DNA of 64,000 nucleotides, from positions 124,372,001-124,436,000 of the forward strand of contig NC_042999.1 in NCBI RefSeq assembly GCF_006345805.1, in the 5' to 3' direction. The DNA comes from Octopus sinensis. Its lineage: Eukaryota. Both the position numbers and the translations under genes were made by a program. Shown here one piece after another: positions 25,939-40,149 of this stretch (positions are counted from its first letter, which is position 1; each line of letters begins with the position of its first letter). Below the pieces are notes generated by a model. The model was not told the origin of the DNA, did no database searches, and saw nothing but the letters and a program-made list of their open reading frames with translations.

Positions 25939-26944
25939 GTTTGTATTTCTGCTTTGTTAGAAATTTTCCAAGATGGAATTATATTTGACTTATCCTTTTC
26001 TTTGCAATTTTAACAATTTAGGATAACAAAACTGGATAAAATATAGTGTCTCCTTCAATGATTACCAGAAATAGTTAGGCTATGTATGTACAGAAAATGC
26101 TACAATTTGTACTAAAATATCTCATGAGCAGAAGAACAGTGATATAATTCTCTTTCTTTGCTATTTATTGTCTTGTTGACAAATGCTACATATTTAAGTC
26201 AGAAAATCTTAAAAGAGCAGTTTTCATTGAAGGTGGGTTTCATTATTGCTATCATTTTTAACATCAGAATTAACTACTTTAAATGCTGTGATTAGGTAAA
26301 AAATTAAGAATTAGCTATCAATACCAGTTCGTCAAGGAAGCAAGGGAGACAACTTAAGACATTCTAAATAATTAGGTTTCATCAGTGGAAGTATAGCCTT
26401 CATTTATACTTGCTGAAGCAACTAACATACCGCATAAAATGTGCATAGGAAACACTGAGTAGTAATAGAAAATTAAATTAATTGATAATTTAATGATAAA
26501 GAAATGCATTCCACATATTTAAGTAATTAACAGGTGAGTTGATTACTTCTGAGGTTTTCAACATTAGAAGTAACCACAGTAGAGTTAAATACTGAAATTA
26601 GAAGCATTGATAATAGATTAATTTTACTTTGAAGAGTGACTTAGTGTCAACATATATTTAGAAAAAAATGTTACAATCATTTTAATGCCCAAAGCAGAAG
26701 AATATCTTGAAGCTAGTTTATGACCTCCTTAATATCAATTTTTCTGCTATTAATTCAACTGCCTTTGATGAACCTGTCAGTAATATCTCACTTTCAATGA
26801 AAATTCTTCCCTTCATACTATTACGCCCTACTTTACTATTAATATAATATCTCACACCAAAACATAACACATTAATTCTTTCTCAGAAGGATAGTCACTC
26901 TGGAGCTTCTTCCTCGTGATGTTTCCTCACTCCTCAAGAGCATC

Positions 26945-27539
26945 TTTTATATTTTATCTTTTACTCGTTTCAGTTATTTGACTGTGGACATGCTGGGACA
27001 CTGCCTTGAAGGGTTTTAACTGAACAAATCATTGACCCCCCCCCCCACAAAACTTATTTTTCTTTTTAAATCCAGGTACTTATTGTATCGGTCTCTTTTG
27101 CCGAACCACTAAGTTACAGGGATGTAAACACACCACCACCACCACCAGTTGTCAGTGGTAGTGGTGGGGACAAACACAGACACAAAGACACAATCACATA
27201 GATATATGTACACACACACACATATATGTATGTATATATATATATATATATATCATCATCATCATCATCATCATCGTTTAACGTCCGTTCTCCATGCTAG
27301 CATGGGTTGGACGGTAAATATATATATATATTTACAACAGTAAATATATATATATATTTACAACAGGCTTTTTTTCAGTTTTTGTCTTCCAAATTTACTC
27401 AAAGTTCAGCAAAAGGGACCAATAAAATAAGTTCTATGCTTAAAAAAAGTTCTGGGGTCTATTTGTTCAACTAAAACCCTTCAAGGTATGGTCGCAGTCA
27501 ACTGCCTGAAATAAAAAAAAATAAATGAATATATATATA

Positions 27540-27587
<48 letters not shown>

Positions 27588-27647
27588 TATATATACATAT
27601 ATATATTATATATATATATATATATATACTATATATATATATATATA

Positions 27648-27703
<56 letters not shown>

Positions 27704-27860
27704 ATAAACTTCTTTCAGTTTGCATCAACTGAATCCACTTACAAGGCTTTGATTTGCCTGGGGCTATAGTAGAAGACACTTACCCAAGATGTCATGCAGT
27801 GAGACTGAACCCAGAATAATGTGTTTAGGAATCAAGCATCTTATGATATGGCCATACCTG
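26945..27860 (-). mobile_element. Fragmented SINE family A copies with (TA)n expansions and a nested family C end
   Basis: Reverse-complement tail at ~26945-27200, forward-oriented tail piece at ~27410-27510, reverse-complement head at ~27705-27860. Confidence 0.65.
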
Positions 27861-28315
27861 CACCTATGGGTATAAAGAAGCTAAGGTTAACCCATAATAT
27901 GATACCACAATATGGCAGTGGATTTTTCATTGGTCTCAAAAAACATTCAGTTGTTTTACCAGCTTATGAAATCAAAGTATAAACAGTTGAGTATTCCATA
28001 GACATGTATACTTCAAACGCAGTTCCCATGTTAAATTAGAATAATTTTGAAATACAAATACAAACCAGAGAGTAAGAAAGAGAGAGAAAAACTGACCTCA
28101 GGACTGCTTGATACTTTATTTATTGACTCCTGAAAAGATGAGAAACAAGCTTGATGTCAGTGGAATCCAAACACAGAGTACAGAATATAAGAATAAATAT
28201 CACAAGGCATTATATCTAATATAGCTAATTTATTGCCTTCATACTGTATAAATTATGGAGATATACTTGCATAGCAAGTGACTTGATCTGAGATTGTGTG
28301 CTGAAACAAAAGTAA

Positions 28316-28560
28316 TTGCAGCATGGAAGATGTTTGTAAGCCATTTAAGAAACACACAAAAGCTGTTAGCTTCACTTCAACATTTAAATTTAATTTGTGT
28401 CAAAATATTTTGGTTGCTTTGAAACTGTAGCCTGTTCACTGACAAAACTTTGTGATGCAATGTCGAAAATATTTTGACACAAATTAAATTTAAATGTTGA
28501 AGTGAAACTAACGGTTTTTGTGTGTTCTTAAATGGCTTACAAACATCTTGAATGCTGCAA
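28316..28560. repeat. ~245-bp fold-back element
   Basis: GATGTTTGTAAGCCATTTAAG...CACTTCAACATTTAAATTTAATTTGTGTCAAAATATTT and its reverse complement. Confidence 0.85.
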
Positions 28561-29959
28561 TACTGTATAAAGTTATACTGAAAAGATTACATCTTATTCT
28601 TAAAATCAGGCATTTCAGTATGTTGAAATGTTATATATATGGTCAGATTCAGATCTTTTGTATGAGACTGAGATACCTATTGACACCTAAGTGCAAAGAC
28701 TTAGAGTGCAGTATAGACTTTATTGATATATTTGTATAAAGTTTTGAAGGAGATTGATTTTCAGGTACAAACTACCTTCTAACACCGGAAAACCATGTCA
28801 AATGAAAATGGTCAGCACTCACTATAGTATTGCTCCAGTCACTCATTTGCCATCATATCCTACCATCAAAAACCATGAAAGCATCAACTGATTTCACGAC
28901 AAAATCCATGGAGGTATTTGGCTTCAGTTCATCTTTATTGCCTGTATGCAGCAGCTATTTATAAACAAGGCAAGAGGCTACCAGGACCTCAATGAGATGG
29001 AGTTTGGCCATGATACTGATGCAGGTAGACATGAACTATGTTGAGAAAATGAGAATATCTTTGACAAACACAATTATAGAAATGAGTCTCCCCAGCATAA
29101 ATGTCATGTTGATAATTTTAAAACATCATAGAAAATAGCAACAAAGACCTATATAAGCAATAACATAATTTTGATGCTGGTATTATTGTTGGGTTACTGG
29201 TAAGTAAAAACACAGGTTTTGATTTTTTATTGTCCCTGTAAAATATCTTTCTAGATATTTTATATGATCACACTCCCAACCTGCTTGTTTTTATGTTGTT
29301 TTGGGTTATTTTTCTTTATCAGAGGTGATGGTCCCCTTTTTAGATGAAATGTTTAATTAGTTTTTGTAATAACTTTACTTATATTAGTGAAATCTGTAAT
29401 ATATATATTTCTCCTTTTTATTTTATTTAACTTTCTTTCATTCCATTTTAGTGAATAAATGAATCTTTGGTCTTTGAAACTAGAACAAGTAGTAATGATA
29501 GCAAAACAATTTAAAATACATTTGTTACAGAAGCTGTAACAATTGATTTGGATATAGTCTAAAAGCAAAAATCCATAAAATCAAAAACACAAACAACTGA
29601 AGATAAAATCAACAACACAGTAATAAGACACTTGTAATTTCTACAGGCTCTAAATTTCAATTTTGCAAATAAATTCAATAGAAATTGTGCTTTATTTAAT
29701 TCCAGTCAGGCATATGCAGGATTCAGATTTTCTCTCAAAGTATTTTTGCAGATTCAACTATTGTTACTATATTTTTTTCATTTCATTATTTTTAATATTT
29801 AACGTTAGAGAAATATGCTAATTTACATAATTAGAGTAGTAACATTAACAACAACAACAACTACAGCAGCAACAACAGCAGCAGTGACAGCAGGAATGTA
29901 AAAATGAAACAGCATACAAGGAAACAGGAATTAAATTTTCCTGAATAATAAACAGTGCA

Positions 29960-29995
<36 letters not shown>

Positions 29996-30469
29996 TGCTC
30001 TGAAAGAAACTGTTAATAGAGTTGGTGATGTGCTTCAGTCAACTTAAGTAAGCTGACAAGGATTATAACTTGTCAACAGGACATGACACAGAAATGGCTG
30101 CTTAAAATATATTAACCTATTCCACAGAGAAGGTGAGGAATACAAGAAACACACATGATTTGGTGACTGTGGCACTGTGTTGTTGATGTTGGTGGTGGTG
30201 GTGGTGGTGGTGGTGAAATTTCATGCAAGTATTTTTTTAATCTTTTATAGACATTTACTTGTCTCAGAGCAAGACATGAACTCTGTATGGTAAAATCCAG
30301 AATTTTAAAAAATAGTTATTTGTCTGTATCAGCAAAAGTTAATCCATAAAGACAGTTAGTAGCAGTGAGTTGATATGCTATGAGGAGTGAAAGAACTTAA
30401 TGTTCTGGGCATTTGTCCCTCTTCATAGAGAAATAAATATTACAGAAGAGTTATTTCTTGGACTGCAAA

Positions 30470-30880
30470 ATTGTGGATTTCTATTATTCTTTTACTAGTT
30501 TCAGTCATTTGATTGATTGTGGCCATGCTGGAGCACCACCTCGAGGAGTTTTAGTCAAACAAATTGACCCCAGTACTTATTTTTTAAGCCTAGTACTTAT
30601 TCTATAAGTCTCTTTTGCTGAACTGCTAAGTTACAGGGATGTAAACACACCAACACCAATTGTCAAGCAATGATGGGAGACAAACACAGACACAAAGACA
30701 CACATATAGATATATACATATATGTACGGCGGGCTTCTTTCAGTTTTCATCTACCAAATCCATGCAGAAGGCTTTGGTTGACTCAAGACTATAGTAGAAG
30801 ACACTTTGCCCAAGGTGCCACACAATGGGACTGAACCCAGACCATGTGGTCGGGAAGCAAGCTTCTTAACACACAGTCAT
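30470..30880 (-). mobile_element. SINE family A, near full length
   Basis: Reverse complement of the 53118-53522 family. Confidence 0.8.
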
Positions 30881-31205
30881 GAGGAAATGAGTGAAATAAA
30901 GGAGTGCTGTGGGGAGAGGGGAGAAAGAAAAAAGGAAAAAGTGGGAGATGGTGCAAATAATAGAGTGGGTGGTAGCATGAGTGTAGGAGGTGGCATGTGG
31001 AAAATGGTATGGGTTGTGTGGGAGGTGATGTGAGTTTTGTGAAATGTAGTGTGAACAGTGGAGAAGATGGCTTTAGTAGGATGGATAGTAATGAGAGTAG
31101 TAGCAGGGGTGGGTAGTGTTAGCTTTGTAGAAGATAGTATGAGAAGTGTGGGGTGTGGTATAAGAAGTCATATGGGAAATAATGTGAGGAGTGAACAAAG
31201 GAATA

Positions 31206-31380
31206 TTAACTGTTTAGCATTTAACCCAGCGATATCTGACCAAAATACTCTACCTGTTTTATGTTCAAACTGGCTATAACTGGCCTCTCACACCTTCCCT
31301 ACAATGTTATTCAAAAAATATATAATCATGTTACTGAAGTCCTGAAGGTATGAGATAATATAGGATTAGCAAAGTTATGG
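31206..31380 (-). mobile_element. TTAA-ended MITE fragment
   Basis: Same family as 48280-48506 and 54964-55192. Confidence 0.55.
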
Positions 31381-32226
31381 TGTGTAAGCAAACTAACACC
31401 AGTTGTCATGTAGTGGAAGGGGACAAGTACAAACACACACACACAAATATATGTATACGTATATGACAGATTTCTTTCACTTTTTGTCTACCAAACCCAC
31501 TCACAAGGCCTTTCTTACTATACAGTCACACCTGCATATATATATATATATATATGTCGTTTTCTTAGAAAAATATAAACCGGAGAAGAACTGCATAATA
31601 GTGATAACAACGGTATTAGCAATGATTACACCACACCTGGAAATTGATTGCTGATGAGAGTAGGGGATAAGCTCCTACCTTTTACCCTCATAGCCAATAG
31701 TTGGCATGACTGAAGAAGGATGACACAGACGGAAACCTATGACCAACACCAAAGGGAGATAATCCCCACTGCTTATATCTATTGTTTCCACCTCCATATT
31801 TTAAAGAGGTGATAGGCCATCAGGTCTTAGAGTCTGAAGATATGCCATAAAGGTACCCTGTATGGTGAGAAATCCAAGGTGACCCTATAAACTGGCCTTC
31901 ACCGATTAAATTTAAATTTAATTGTAATCTGAATTTAAATTATAGCTGTGAAACGTACGTATATTTTTTTTACTTATTATATATTGTTTATTCATTTTTG
32001 CACATTTTGTGATCTAGTTATATGTTTTAAAAAATATATTTTATTTTTTATTTAGATTTAGTTTATGTCTATCATTGATTGAATCGCATAATAGTGATTT
32101 TTCTCTAATTTATATCTTATATATTTATATTGTGAAATTTGATTTAATACTGAATTGAATTTTTCCCTGTTAGTTTGGAGTTATACTCCCTAATATTATT
32201 ATTATTATTATTATCATATATATATA

Positions 32227-32257
<31 letters not shown>

Positions 32258-32734
32258 GCAGTATGCATCTGTCGATCTTGAGAGATCATGGATCTGCACC
32301 CATAGAAATCATGCCAGCTACTGATTGATGGTGCTGCAGCATCTGCTGTGGCTGTACGGGCCCACACAGTCACACATACAGCACCTGCATTTGAAGAAAC
32401 TCTCTACTAGCACTACTGGTTTTTCCTTTCATTGAGTGCAATTTCCTTAGGTGATGAGTTCCTGTTTACCTTCCCCTCCTTTCATTCCATTTCACAGATT
32501 ATATACCTATGTGTGGTGGTGGTGGGGGGGGGGTTAAAATTTTGCTTCCCAACCACAATAAATCCCAATATGTGACAACTTGTGCAAGTGTCTTCTACCA
32601 AAGCATCAAGTCCACCAAAGTCTTGAAAAGGATTTGCTAGATGGAAAATAAACAAAACCTGTTAAATATATATATATATATATCTATATATATATGTATG
32701 TATGCATGGATGGATAGATGGATATACATATATA

Positions 32735-32790
<56 letters not shown>

Positions 32791-32818
32791 ACACATATAT
32801 TTATGTACATACATATTC

Positions 32819-32870
<52 letters not shown>

Positions 32871-33096
32871 TATATACATATACACTTTATAAGTGTATAT
32901 ACACTATGTGTGTGTGCGTAAACTATAAAAGTCAGGAGGTGTAAGAAGTGAATAGATATTTATTTAACCATGTGATGTCTTTAAGTTTACAGCCATTTCA
33001 CAACTGTCTTCATATAGTAATAATATCAGTGTGGAAGAAATTATGCTTACATGCTTACATTGATATTCATGCTTGGCATTATACAATATAGTTAAC

Positions 33097-33578
33097 ATGG
33101 CGAGCTGGCAGAAACATTAGCAATCCAGGTGAAATGCTTACCAGTATTTCATCTGTCTTTTACATTCTGAGTTCAAATTCTGCTGAGGTCAACTTTGCCT
33201 TTCATCCTATTGGGGTCGATAAATTAAGTACCAATTGCATACTGGGGTTGATCTAACTGACTGGCCCCCTCCCCCAAAATTTTGGGCTTACACAATATAG
33301 TTGTATATTCACAAACCAATGCCAATTATAAAAGCCAGCAGCTTATCAGTTTATAAGAACATCATACTTACAGCAATGATACAATATGTGTGTGTGAGGG
33401 AGTGTGCATGTGTATGTATGTGCATGTGTATACATATATAAATATATACATATGCATATATATATATATACATATATATATGCATATATATATATACACA
33501 CACACAAACCTATCAGTAATGTACCTATAATAACTACTGGAAACAGCTGTAAGCCAAATTCACTCCAATAAAAGAAAA

Positions 33579-33633
<55 letters not shown>

Positions 33634-33915
33634 GACATGGCTGTGTGGTATGTAGCTTGCTTACCAACCACATGGCTCCAGGTTCAGTCCCACTGCATGG
33701 TACCTTGGGTAAGTGTCTTCTACTATAGCCTCGGGCTGACAAAGCCTTGTCAGTGGATTTGGTAGACAGAAACTGAAAGAGGCCCATCCCATCATATATA
33801 TATATATATATATAATATATATATATATATACAACTTATAAACAAGGGCAAAAGAAAATAATTCCAATGCCAAATATGCCGAAAATAGATTTAAATGTCA
33901 ATAACCACATAATTC

Positions 33916-33975
<60 letters not shown>

Positions 33976-34240
33976 ATATGTATGTATATGTGTGTATATA
34001 TATATATATAAATATATATATGTATGTCTGTATATGTTTGTGTGTCTGTGTTTGCCCCCTCACAATTGCTTGACACCAATATTGGTGTCTTTTCATCCCC
34101 ATAACTTAGCGGTTCAGCAAAAGAGATCGATAGAATAAGTAGTAGGCTTACAAAGAATAAGTCCTGGGGTCGATTTGTTCAACTAAAGGTGGTGCTCCAG
34201 CACTGCCGCAGTCAAATGACTGAAGCAAATAAAAGAATTT
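33097..34240 (+). mobile_element. SINE cluster: family B (~33097-33290) and split family A (~33630-33790, ~34010-34240)
   Basis: Family head and tail motifs seen, separated by microsatellites. Confidence 0.7.
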
Positions 34241-34264
34241 ATACACACACACACACACACACAC

Positions 34265-34298
<34 letters not shown>

Positions 34299-35375
34299 CA
34301 CACACACACGTGCGTGCACACACACACACACACATATTTTGTCCCAAGTATGGAAAAGAGAGTGCTAGGACAATGATGATGATGATGATGATGATGATGG
34401 CCATTGTGGTAATGGTGACAACGACGATGATGATGATAATTTCTAATAAAGTACATTGTATAAGTGTTCGAAAATAATCAAAAATTTGGGAAGATTTTCA
34501 TGAAAATGATTCCCTTTTACATTGATTTCTCAATGAAAGCTGGGATTTTCTTTTGTTTTTTTGTTTTTTTGAAACAACATAACCAGAAGGTCTTACATTA
34601 AATTATGATGGGGACTTTTAATTTAGATGTGAACACTTTAAAACAGGCAATTATGTATCAAAGAACCTGGAATGGTCTCAGTTGGATTGGTAGCAAAAGA
34701 GTTACAAAATCCCTTAGAAAAAAACATAACAAATGCAAACCCCCTGGCAGCATGTAATTGGTAACATGATAGCAATCCTTTCATCTAATGGTGGCAGCTA
34801 CTATAGAACTACACACACATACACGCTGAAAGGGACTGTGTAATATAAAATGGATACTTTTTTTTTATCTCGTACAACAGTGTGATAAACAGAGTCAGCA
34901 GATTGACCTTTCATCATCAGAAGCATCTATAGATGGATGATTGGAGCTACTCATTCCTAATAGGAAAGAAATGAGAGTCATGGCATTTATATTTACCCCA
35001 AGGTTATTTAGCAGTTAAGTGAAATATCTATAATCAAGAGTCAAACTTAAATTATAGTGTCAATTCCCCTATTCAGGAACGTTCTATTTTTGTTATAGTG
35101 TCCAACAACTTACTATGTGTCAAGCTTACATACAGCTGGGAGTCATAATGGATAAGTGGATACAGAGATGTCTATTCAGTTCAAGATTAAGTATCTATAC
35201 AATACAATATAATACTTCTGTGCGAAGCCTTTAGTAAGATACTTTCATTTGCTTAATTCAACTTACAACAGAGCAGGTAATAAGAGTGAGAGGGAGAGAG
35301 AGAGGGAGAGAGAAAATGTGGTAAATAAACATGGAAAAAAAAACTAAATAAAAAAATCAAATAGACTAAAAAGTA

Positions 35376-35418
<43 letters not shown>

Positions 35419-35689
35419 GTAATAATATGAAGGAGATTGAAATTAAGCAAAGACAGACAAATGGATGAAGGAGATTGAAATAGAATGCCTGGCAGAGATC
35501 CTACAGAAAGTTTGTCTCTTAGGGATAGCAAAGATTATCAGAAGAGTTCTAAGCACTTGGAAGACTACTGAAAACTTGTGGATACCTACGGTTACAGTTA
35601 ATAACCACTATTCACATAATTTCTACCAGGAATAAAACCAAACCTGAGCCAAACCAAAATAAGGATTATAATATTAATGATAATCCTTT

Positions 35690-35890
35690 CTACTATAGGC
35701 ACAAGGCCTGAAATGTGAAGGGAGGGGACTTGTCGATTACATCGACCCCAGTGATTCACTGGTACTTAATTTATCAATCCCAAAAGATGAAAGGCAAAGT
35801 CGACCTCAGTGAAACTCAGAACATAGCTTCGGGTGAAATACCACTAAGAATTTCGTCCAGCACGCTAACAATTCTGCCAGCTTGTTGCAT
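35690..35890 (-). mobile_element. SINE family B
   Basis: GATGAAAGGCAAAGTCGACCTC...GCACGCTAACAATTCTGCCAGC. Confidence 0.75.
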
Positions 35891-35893
35891 TCA

Positions 35894-35937
<44 letters not shown>

Positions 35938-36129
35938 TAACTGAAGATCAAATAGGGTGTGTATTTAATTGACAAAAGATGATCATTTCCACATATACCA
36001 GTAACTGTTCCACATCAAAAATCTTGCAAAACAAACACAAAAAAGTAGAAAAGGAAATCTTAACTTAACCCTTTACTAATACAGTTCCATTTAAAAGATG
36101 AGGAATTATGTACATTATTTACATTTCAC

Positions 36130-36189
36130 GGATATTTGTCCTCATCTTGTTTGTTGTGTTAACAACAAACAAGATGAGGACAAATATCC
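36130..36189. repeat. Perfect 28-bp-arm hairpin with a 4-nt loop
   Basis: GGATATTTGTCCTCATCTTGTTTGTTGT-GTTA-ACAACAAACAAGATGAGGACAAATATCC. Confidence 0.95.
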
Positions 36190-36399
36190 ATCAAAGGAAG
36201 ACTTAACATTGGCAATAGTTCTTAAGTGCCACACCACAACTGATATCTAGACTCACTCTGGGTTTTTAGATATATAATTTAAGGCTTTAAATATCCTAAT
36301 TAATTCCTGCATGTCTCATAAAACATGTCATTCATAATTTTCATAAACAAAAGTATAATTAGCCCATTAACATTCAGATTTCTCTATCAAATATAATCC

Positions 36400-36965
36400 T
36401 TTCTACTTGAAATTTTGAGGGAGGGGGCCAGTCAATTAGACTGACCCCAGTATGCAACTGGTACTTAATATATCAATCCTGAAAGGATGAAAGGCAAAGT
36501 CGACCTCGGCAGAATATGAACTCAGAATGTAAAGACAAACAAAATACCTATTTCTTTACTATTCACAAGGGGCTAAACACAGAGGGGACAAACAAGGACA
36601 GACAAACGGATTAAGTCGATTACATCGACCTCAGTGCGTAACTGGTACTTAATTTATCGACCCCCAAAAGGATGAAAGGCAAAGTCAACCTCGGTGGAAT
36701 ATGAACTCAGAATGTAAAGACAAACAAAATACCTATTTCTTTACTATTCACAAGGGGCTAAACACAGAGGGGACAAACAAGGACAGACAAACGGATTAAG
36801 TCGATTACATCGACCTCAGTGCGTAACTGATACTTAATTTATCGACCCCCAAAAGGATGGAAAGCAAAGTCGACCTCGGCGGAATTTGAACTCAGAACAT
36901 AACGGCAGACGAAATACAGCTACGCATTTCGCCCGGCATGCTAGCGTTTCTGCCAGCTCACCACC
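36400..36965 (-). mobile_element. Tandemly amplified SINE family B (185-bp period)
   Basis: GAATATGAACTCAGAATGTAAAGACAAAC recurs at 36512 and 36697; a third unit carries the full head. Confidence 0.85.
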
Positions 36966-36974
36966 TTGTCTATC

Positions 36975-37175
36975 AAATGTAATAGTTGTTTATTCACATT
37001 GTTTTGAATTAATCAAGCATTACTTTGTTGCTCTAAGATTTTGATGATGCGATTGCCTATTTTTGAATAATATTAAAGCAGAGGAGATGTGAGAGGCCAG
37101 AATCTAGCTGATTTAAACAAAAAGCAGGTAGAATATTTTGGCTGAATATGACTGGTTTAAATGCTAAAGGGTTAA
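36975..37175 (+). mobile_element. TTAA-ended MITE
   Basis: Ends AATGCTAAAGGGTTAA. Confidence 0.6.
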
Positions 37176-37839
37176 TAAAACAGGGTAAAATATTGGCTTC
37201 AAATTTTGGCACAAGGCCAGCAATTTTGGGGAAGGGGATTAAATCAACTCCAGTGTGCAACTGGTACTTATTTTATCAACCCCATAAGGATGAAAGACAA
37301 AGTCAGAATGTAAAGTCAAAGCAAGGTAAAATATTAATGTTTCTGTTCTATGATTTTCTGAATTTTTCACTTTAAAACATGCTTTTTGTTTTTATTTACT
37401 TTATATACAAAGTGCATCAGTATTTTTTTTCTTTGATCTTCAGGGTACCATAAAGGCAAAAATATTAGGAGCCAGTGGCCTATAAATACAAATTCTATGA
37501 TGGTCACAGCTGGAGAGCTTTTGATCCTAGGTCTATTTGTTTATATCTGACCTGGCCTACATGACAACAACAACAACAAATGCACAAGCAGAGTTTCAAA
37601 TATTTATGGGAAGAAGAATAAATTCCAGTAAAATTCCAGAGTTGCAAGCATGATTGCTTGAATAAGAAATTCACTTTTCAAGTATTGAGTTTTGGGTCTA
37701 GTTTCGGGCAAGTACAACTTATAGTCTAATATAGTACATACGAATGAACTTGGTAGAAGGAAACTGAATGAAACTGTGTGAACATGCATGTATGTGTGTG
37801 TTTGTGTGCATGTGTGTGTGTGTGTGTTTGTGTATGTAT

Positions 37840-38695
37840 GTGTGGGGTAGGCACTTGTGCTGATGACAAGCAAAAGCACCTGTGCCAGAGACACATAAAA
37901 GCACCCATGCCGGTGTCATGTAAAGGGCACCCACAATACCCTCAGAGTGGTTGGCATTAGGGAGGGTATCCAGTTGCAGAAAATAAGCCAAATTCAGACT
38001 GGATTCTGCTATAGCTCTCCAGCTTACCAGTTCCTGTCAAGTCATCTAACCCATGCCAGCATGGAAAGCAGACAATAAATGATGATGATAATGGTGATGA
38101 TGGTGATGATGATGATATATATACCTCCATAACTAAGGGGTTCAGCAAAAGAGGATTGACAGGGTATGTACCTAGCTTAAAATAAGTTCTAGGACTGAAT
38201 TGATCAGTGTAAATTGTTCAACGTGGTGCTCTCAGCATGGCTGTAGTCTAATGATTGAAACAATGACTGGAAGAATAAAAGTATCACAGCTTAAAAGATT
38301 GACTAAAATTTGGACTTTTAGAATTTGTAGGGTTGGTCACAAGTGATGGATAAAACGCAGAAAAGAGGGTAAATGAGAGCATCATCAAGAGAGCTTTGGT
38401 AACTTTGGTGATGACAAAGGTGACAGCAATGACTGTGGTAGAAATGGTGGTGGTTTTGGTGTTATTTTTGGCTGCTATTATTGTTGTTATTGTAAAGGTG
38501 CCAAGCTGGGCAAAATGCTTAGCAGTATTTCGCCCGTCACTACATTCTGAGTTCAAATTCTGCCGAAGTCGACTTTGCCTTTCATCTTTCTGGAGTCGGT
38601 AAATTAAGTACCAGTGAAAAACTGGGGTCGATGTAATTGACTAGTCCCCACCCGGCAAATTTCAGGCCTTGTGCCTCCAGTAGAAGGGATTATCA
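37840..38695 (+). mobile_element. SINE family C (~37840-38115) and family B (~38495-38695)
   Basis: Family core motifs seen directly. Confidence 0.7.
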
Positions 38696-39425
38696 TTCAT
38701 GTTGGTGGTTGTGTTATTGTTGTTGTTGTTGGTGGTGGTGATGGTCGTGGTAGTTGTGGTAGCAATGGCAGTGGTGCAGATTCTACGCAGTTTGGTACAT
38801 ACGCAATAAGCTGGTTTATGATGTTGCTGTGTTCAGATGTCCTCCATTAGGTGATATCTCTTTCACTCAACTGAAAGAGGGATTTACTTACATGATAACA
38901 AGAAAAAAAGTATTTTGTAAACTAGAGAGGTTTTTTACATTTTATTCTCTTCATTGCTATGCTAAAACTAAAAGATAGAAGCCCTAAGCTTTAAGAGCTG
39001 AAGAAACTGTGATGAACTAGGCTATTCAAATTGTATATCTCTCTCTCTCTCTCTCTTTGTTTTTATGTTATCTCTTGCTATTTAATTAATATGTTTGTAT
39101 AAACTACTTAAGAACATTACAACATTGATGGGTCTTTCTGTTTCACATGTGTGAACAGAAATAAAGACAAACAGATGTATGCATTTGCCTCTGTGCATGT
39201 GTGTGTGCGTGTGTGCGTGTGTGCGTGTGTGTGTGTGTTTATGTGTGTGTTTATGTGTACGTGTGAGTGTGTGTTTGTCTGTATGTGTGTGTTTATGTAT
39301 ATGTGTGTATGTGTTTATGTATTTGTATGTGTGTGTGTGTATATGTGTGTACGTTTATGAGTGTGTATGTTTGTGTGCATGAGTGTGCATGAATGTGCAT
39401 GTGCTCACATCTTTGTATGTGTGCA

Positions 39426-39466
<41 letters not shown>

Positions 39467-40149
39467 ATGAGTTTATGTGTGTGTGTGTGTGTTTGTGTGT
39501 GTTTATGTATATGTGTTATGTGTGTGCACTTATGTGTGTGTGTGCATGTGTGCGTGTGTGTGTGTGTGTGTGTCTTTGAAGCTGGAACAAAACATGAAAA
39601 ACAGGAATAAAAACATGAACAGAAGTTTGAATATTCAGTTGAAATAGTTTATCCTTTAAGCCTAGTTTAAAGATTACCCTTATGTAATATCACTACTGCT
39701 ATAACTGCTGCTGCTGCTACTACTGTTACTATCATTACTATTATTACTACTGCTACTATTACTACTACTATTACCACCACCACCACCACCACCACCACCA
39801 CCGCCACTGTTGCTGTGTGATTGGAATAATAAACAATGACTTCAGTGGTAAAACAACAGGTGAATCAATGTTTACCTTACAGCAAAGTGACTGTCAGACA
39901 TTTTGATTCAGTTTACATCTGTTCCTCTCCTCCTCCCTCCCATTGTTCAATCCATCTCAAATCTCTCTCTCTCTCTCTCCTCTCTCTCTCTGTCGCTGCC
40001 TATGCATATTCATTCCCTTCACTGTGTAACTCATTCACTCAATCATTCACCATTTACTCATTCACTTTCTAAAGATGTGTGCTACATGTCAGAAAGTGTA
40101 CAAACATACATGCATATACAAGCATTCATTATTTCTATGCAAGTTTATA

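Noticed and set aside
36440-36900. Regularly spaced repeats as a CRISPR array
   Set aside because: Whole 185-bp units are duplicated with no unique spacers, and the context is eukaryotic.
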